Of a stretch of DNA of 64,000 nucleotides, positions 57,712-64,000 are shown one piece after another. Every line of letters starts with the position of its first letter. Positions within the stretch are counted from its first letter, which is position 1. This stretch comes from Octopus vulgaris (taxonomy: Eukaryota). The stretch is from positions 69,998,001 through 70,062,000 of the forward strand of contig OX597826.1 in the NCBI GenBank assembly GCA_951406725.2. The letters run 5' to 3'. Under the pieces are notes generated by a model. The model worked only from the letters and a program-made list of their open reading frames with translations, had not been told where the DNA came from and made no database searches. The position numbers and the translations under genes were made by a program.

Positions 57712-58436
57712 TGTGTTGAGAGGGACCCTTTGGGGTTTGGATAATTCACCTCTGGAAACATGGGTGTTTCGTTCAACATCCTTAAACAACCCTTATGTAG
57801 GGACATTTTGAGCGGAATGGGCTACTTGACCAGAAGAAAATTCTAACTGGGCCCTACCTGCAAGGTTATGTGCTGTTTTTCTTGATATCAGATCACCATG
57901 CTACGCACTTTGACGGCATGCACTGCTCTCTCACTCAATAATAATAATAGTAATGATAATAATAATAATAAAAAGATGGGCTACAGCAAATATTCTGCTC
58001 AATACCACAGATTTGCTTGTCAGTTGTTTGACCTTAACCATTTGAGTATGTTCCTTAGTGGCTGACGATAAGTGCATCTCTGATCACGAGCAGAAGTAGT
58101 GGGGGAGCATCATGGCCATGTGTCGAGAGGGATTCTTTGGGGTTTGAATAATTCACCTCTGGAAACATGGGTGGTTCTTTCAACATTCTTAAACAACCCT
58201 TATTCAGGGACCTTTTGAGCAGGATGGGCTACTCAACCTGAAGAAAATTCTAAATGGGCCCCACCTGCAAGGTCATGTGCTGTTTATCTTGATATGAGAT
58301 CACCATGTCGCGCACATATGGTTGTGATGCATGTGCCTGGGGTACCCTTGTCAGACGGGTAGTCATGATGGGTATATTGGGCTTCGTATATTTAACCCCA
58401 GTGTCACTTTGATGGCATGAACTGCTCTCGCTCTCA
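57712..58436 (+). mobile_element. Two tandem copies of the (TAA)n-associated non-coding element
   Basis: 57712-57937 (internally deleted) and 57969-58436, separated and followed by (TAA)n. Confidence 0.88.
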
Positions 58437-58467
58437 ATAATAATAATAATAATAATAATAATGATAA

Positions 58468-58503
<36 letters not shown>

Positions 58504-58865
58504 TGAACTCAGAACGTTGTGATGTGGAAGGAATACAGCAAAACGTCATAGTGATTATTCTGCCAGCTCCTCCCATAATTCAGTCCTCAATTAGGATTCT
58601 AATCACGAATTTAACCCTAATCTGCCCTCAACTTCCTGATTCATCAACTGTCATCCTGGTCTATCATAATTTATCTGACAAGCATGTATTTAATATATCC
58701 TATATCTTAAAAAAAGAAATTACGCTGAGTCTAACCAATACACTAATGTTTCACCCAATTGCGTTCATATCGCGGTCATCTAATCGCACCGAAATTATGA
58801 AAGCCCACTTGACCCCGGCGGCATTTTGCTCTATTCCTTCCGGATAACAACGTTCTGAGTTTAAA

Positions 58866-58918
<53 letters not shown>

Positions 58919-59192
58919 GAACACAGAACATAAATACGGACTAAATGTCGCTGACTATTAGCAATTGCAGCGTGTAAGACACAAACTTAACCATTCAGAA
59001 ACACAGAAAGATTGTTAGGTTTACTGAAATATTTATTCTTTGTAATGTGGTGTCAAACCTTCCGTCGTTCGAAACTGCAACCTGGTCATTTACAGATAGA
59101 CGTGTGCTCATTTCAAACGTTAGAAAATTTTGACAACATATTACAAACAATAGCTGTTTGAATGAAGTTGACGGTATTTGTGTGTTTTTGAA

Positions 59193-59423
59193 GGCGGTGA
59201 GCTGGCAGAATCGTTAGCACGCCGGGCGAAATGCGTAGCTGTATTTCGTCTGCCGTTACGTTCTGAGTTCAAATTCCGCCGAGGTCGACTTTGCCTTTCA
59301 TCCTTTCGAGGTCAATAAATTAAGTACCAGTTACGCACTGGGGTCGATATAATCGACTTAATCCGTTTGTCTGTCCTTATTTGTCCTCTCTATGTTTAGC
59401 CCCTTGTGGGTAATAAAGAAATA
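59193..59423 (+). mobile_element. SINE family B full monomer with Tx1-like tail and 20-bp TSD
   Basis: TSD GGTATTTGTGTGTTTTTGAA at 59173-59192 and 59424-59443. Confidence 0.93.
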
Positions 59424-59751
59424 GGTATTTGTGTGTTTTTGAATGGCTGGCTTGAGTCTCCTGTGTTGCAGTCGTTTTAGTTTCGACACACGTTCTCAGA
59501 TCAAAACACTTGCGATGCTAGTACATCTTTGTAATAAAGAGGTAATTAAGAAATAACAACCAAATATCCTTCAAATAACACTAACTTGCTTTACACAAAT
59601 GCTGGCCAATAGATATGATTACGAACTTCATTAATGAAGTAAAAAAAAAACAGAATATATCGTCATTTTGCCAGCAAGAAATAAATAACCAAATTGCCTT
59701 CAAATCAAACTCTACTGCTTTATCGAACGGACACATCACATAATCTTCGTG

Positions 59752-60050
59752 GCCCTTTTCAAGCCTAGCCAGGCTCATGTGCCCGGTTCCCCTGTTTATG
59801 TGGCGTATGTGTTCCCCCCAGCTGGACGGCACGCCAGTCCATCGCAGCGTTACTCAAGAACCAGGAAGAGAGAGTGAGAGAAAGTTGTGGCGAAAGAGTA
59901 CAACAGGGGTCACCACCATCCCCTGTCGGAGCCTCGTGGAGCTTTAGGTGTTTTCGCTCAATAAACACACACAACGCCCGGTCTGGGAATCGAAACCGCG
60001 ATCCTCCGACCGCGAGTCCGCTGTCCTAACCACTGGGCCATAGCGCCTCC
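59752..60050 (-). mobile_element. tRNA-derived SINE family D
   Basis: GGAGGCGCTATGGCCCAGTGGTTAGG...GGTTTCGATTCCC...GAGCGAAAACACCTAAAGCTCC...CTGCGATGGACTGGCGTGCCGTCCAGCTGGGGG. Confidence 0.85.
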
Positions 60051-60659
60051 ACACATCACATAATACTGTCATAGAAATCTTTCCTTGGTTAATGTAGTAC
60101 AATATATTGAAGTATGGTATTGTCGACACGGTAAGATAGTGTTCAAATGCACAAAGGAAAAAGAGGGAAAATACCAACCAACAATGCACTCACAAAGGGC
60201 GGTAAATCTTGACAGAATAAAAACGTTTCTCATAAAACGATACAAGCACGTTTGACATGTTTGCAGAGTTTGACGTTTGGCTTAAATTTCAGCTCAATTT
60301 CGAGTATGGGATTCTCGACTCTCTTTGTATCATAAAGAGCATATACTAACTTGTGATGCATTGAAGGTTGTATCACTGATCTAAATATTATCAACGAAAG
60401 CCATTTTTCTCAGTGTAAAATTCAACGAGGGACAACTAGAGTGCAAGACAACGAGAATAATGGTGCAAACCAAATAAAGAGTGCCACAGCAACAGCCCCA
60501 TCTATCATTTCAGAGCATTCGAAGCAGATTGTCCGCAAGCCTCTTATGAAGACATCGTTTAAGAATTTTCATTAAATTTAAAATCGTTTAATATTTCTTT
60601 GGTGGTTTGAGATTTAAAACATTATAGCTGTCCTGTTAATCCATAATAAGATTCTAATT

Positions 60660-60917
60660 AATGTTGCTTGGTGTGGTTTCGTGCTTATTTATGAATATTT
60701 TTAATTAAAAATTCATTATATTTTTCAATACAGATGTGTCTCCACAGTTTCCTATTAATATATGATTCGACACTAATACTGAAAAGGCTTCCAACTCTGC
60801 TTTGTAGCATATAATACTATGTTGTATTTCTTTGTATAAAGGCATGACGGGAAAGTGACTTCCTTTCTGTTCTAGACGTAGCCAAATAAAAGCAAAATCT
60901 TGAATTTTCGGTTGCAT

Positions 60918-60986
<69 letters not shown>

Positions 60987-61734
60987 CCGCTGTATTTCAT
61001 TTTTCTTTGTATTTCATTTTACAGACAGCTTGCATTCTCTTTTCTCTTTCAGGAACCAAATAGGTTACTAAATATAATTCTGAACCGAAACGAATGAGTG
61101 TGTTGTGTATATCTATTTTGAAAGGTATTCTCCGTTAACACACCTTTATATGATCGGCCGATTCTACATCTTCTCCATGTATTGTTTGTTTTGATAGGCA
61201 TTTTCCATTCAAATGGAACCAATTCGTATCTCACAATTGTATTGACACTGAATCATTTTTTGGATTTATAGATCTGTGTTCGACGTTAAAGATCTGAAAT
61301 ATTATGTTACTCACGCAACAATAGTTGGCCTTAAATGTTTATTGAAATCTTTTATATATCTATGTGAAGTAGGGAAATGGAGTACCAAGGATTATATAAT
61401 GATTAGCTTAAAGAAGCTCCCAGCTCCATTTTTCGATACTCTTAAAATGCAAGAAGACTTACGCCAGAAATGTTTTCTAGTTTTAATTCTGATGTTATTT
61501 GGTGTGGATTGCGTAAAACACTTTAGATTGATATTAAACACTTCTGGTAAAGGACTTGTTGTAAAGAACAGCATTATAAAATCTTTCCCTGTTCAATGAG
61601 AGGTAAAAAAAATACGTTTACTAATGGGGTCTGTAATGAGCGTTATCATCATAAAGGGATGAATTGAAGCTCCAAATTATTTTTTTCTACGTTGAGTGTA
61701 AGATAGAGATTGTTGGAGCTCATATATAAATATA

Positions 61735-61771
<37 letters not shown>

Positions 61772-61935
61772 GCTATCGTCGTCGTAGTCGTTGTTGTTGG
61801 GGTACATTAGAGGTGGTGTTTGCCTGTTTTTAGGTTTAATGTCACATTTAGAAAATTTACAATCTTTGGGTTCGTAGTTATCGTAATTTTGAAATCAAAT
61901 TCTTTAAAAGTGCTAATTAGCGGCTTTCTGACTTT
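60660..61935 (-). mobile_element. Penelope-like element relic (RT C-terminus plus GIY-YIG), interrupted by (CTG)n and (TTG)n
   Basis: FKEFDFKITITTNPKIVNFLNVTLNLKTG, HFPTSHRY..FNK and LTENTFQNRYTQHTHSFR (GIY-YIG-like). Confidence 0.75.
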
Positions 61936-61949
61936 GAATGGGCGTATCA

Positions 61950-62270
61950 TGGACAAACTTCGGAAGACACTAATTAGCGCTTTTAAAGAATTTGATTTAA
62001 AAATTTCGATAAATACAAAGCTGAACATCGTAAATTTCTTAGATACTACAGTAAAACTAAAACAGGTAAACAACATAAGACCCTAAACACAACAAAGAAA
62101 ACAACTTATATACATAAATAGGAAGTCCATCCATCCGCCTACGAACACATTGCTTGTTGGAGATGATATTAGCTGACGTATGTCAAGTGTGTCATCAAGC
62201 AGAAATTTTATAATAATGCCCTTCATTGCAATTAATCCCTAACTAGGAGGGTTGTTTAACAAAAAGCTGA
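61950..62270 (+). mobile_element. Penelope-like RT fragment, inverted relative to the adjacent relic
   Basis: LRKTLISAFKEFDLKISINTKLNIVNFLDTTVKL...LIYINRKSIHPP matches the NFLD and S.HP motifs of PLE RT. Confidence 0.8.
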
Positions 62271-62283
62271 AGCAAAATGGGAA

Positions 62284-62322
<39 letters not shown>

Positions 62323-62486
62323 AAACTTACGTTTGTTTTTAGAAGCGTCGAATGCGTACCGTACTATACAGACAAGAAATTAATATTTCGAATGCAGTAT
62401 TGCTGTTAAAACAGCAGAAAAACTGGGTATTATTACCCTTAGAAGGTGGAAAAATTGTCAACAAACAGCCACTATATATATATATT

Positions 62487-62772
62487 GGTTAGAGCAGCGG
62501 ACTCGTGGTTATAGGATCGCGGTTTCGATTCTCAGACCGGGCGTTGTGAGTGCTTATTGAGCGAAAACACCTAAAGCTCCATGAGGCTCCGGCAGAGGGC
62601 GGGGGGTGATCTCTGCTGTACTCTTTCACCACAACTTTCTCCCACTCTTTCTTCTGTTGGCCTGCTCGCTTAGCCAGCGGGGTAGCATCATTGAAGGCTA
62701 AAACAATGCGAAGCGCATTGTGACCAGCGATGTGTAGCAACATCTGATGGCCTGGTTGGTCACGTCACGTGA
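62487..62772 (+). mobile_element. SINE family D with a different 3' half
   Basis: Head and body match 59870-60050. The tail GGCTAAAACAATGCGAAGCGCATTGTGACC... is unrelated to that copy's tail. Confidence 0.8.
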
Positions 62773-62789
62773 TATATATATATTTATAC

Positions 62790-62992
62790 AATGGGCTTCT
62801 TTCAGTTTCCATCTACCAAAATCCACTAACAAGGCTTTGGTCGGGCCGAGGCTATAATAGAAAGTGCCACGCAATGGGACTGAACCCGGAACCATGTGTT
62901 TGGTAAGCAGCCACTCCTGCGCCTATACATATATATATATATGTGTGTGTATACATATTTACTCGTAAACGGTTATAGACATATAACCGTCG

Positions 62993-63025
<33 letters not shown>

Positions 63026-63232
63026 ATATGTTTGTGTGTCTGTGTTGGTTCCGCCAACATTGCTTGACAACCCATGCTGGTGTGTTTACGTCCTCGTAAC
63101 TTAGCGGTTTGGCAAAAGAGACCGATAGAATAAGTACTAGGCTTACAAATAAGAAGTCCTGGGTCGATTTACTCGACTAAAGGCGGTGCTCCAGCATGGC
63201 CACAGTCAAATGACTGAAACAAGTAAAAGAGT
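62790..63232. mobile_element. Rearranged SINE A (head on minus strand, tail on plus strand)
   Basis: 62790-62925 is a reverse-complement head. 63030-63232 is a forward body and tail. Confidence 0.75.
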
Positions 63233-63262
63233 ATATATGTGTATATATATATGTGTATAAAC

Positions 63263-63300
<38 letters not shown>

Positions 63301-64000
63301 GTATACATATATATATACATATCTGTGTGTATGTGTGTGCGTATGCGTGTGTGTGCATATGTTTCACTACAATTCTCCAAGTGAGGAAAAAATTTTCATT
63401 GAAGTCTATCACACACACACACACACACACTCATGCACACACCTATGAACTCAGTCTTCAGCTTTGTGTGTGCGTATTTGTACAGGTTAGTTAATGAACT
63501 AGTAAACTACTAGCAAAGCAATTAATTCAAAATTAATTATAGTTATTTGTTTCGTTACATTCTACTGTATATTTCTGTCCTGAGATATTCTCAAACGAAT
63601 ACAACATTTCGTTCTTAGTATACTATTTGAATGTACGGTTTAGATAACTAAAGTTTTACGGTGGACTTTTAAAATCTTAATGATGTTTGTACCTACTGGT
63701 TACAAAATTCAGGAAATTATTTATAGGAAGGAAGAGGTATTTGAAAGAAAACAAAATGGATTAATTCGTAATAAGGTCTTCTCTTGAGTCTGTGATATTC
63801 AAACCACGAAGCGATTCTGAGGGGATGAAACTTAAAAGGAGGAAAAAATAGAAGTGTCTGTGAGACAGCGCCAAAAAAGGCTGGAGGGGACGAGAGAGAA
63901 AAGCATAGAAGCAGTATAAGTATAATGTGCTTAGGTCAACTATAGAACAGGTAACTAATCTCGAAAAGATTGTAAAGCTAAATCTTTTGCTTTGACAAAG

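Overview
AT-rich eukaryotic DNA with no recognisable intact host gene. Most ORFs in the track are microsatellite translations. The SINE families and extreme microsatellite load suggest an Octopus-like coleoid cephalopod intron or intergenic region (inference from recognition, not a search). Contents: (i) dense microsatellites ((TA)n, (CA)n, (TATG)n, (GATA)n, (TAA)n, (TTC)n, (CTG)n); (ii) at least four tRNA-derived SINE families; (iii) relics of Tc1/mariner transposons and MITEs; (iv) non-LTR retrotransposon fragments (Tx1-like, R4/Dong-like RLE, RTE, CR1, Penelope-like); (v) several minimal type I hammerhead-ribozyme-like motifs. The most interesting signal is an apparent set of target-specific retroelements. 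One Tx1-like family sits in (TATC)n and a sister lineage ends in (ATC)n. R4-like elements and a ~545-bp non-coding element sit in (TAA)n. A SINE carries a Tx1-like 3' tail and appears to insert at fixed positions in the heads of its own family. Boundaries of degenerate elements are approximate.
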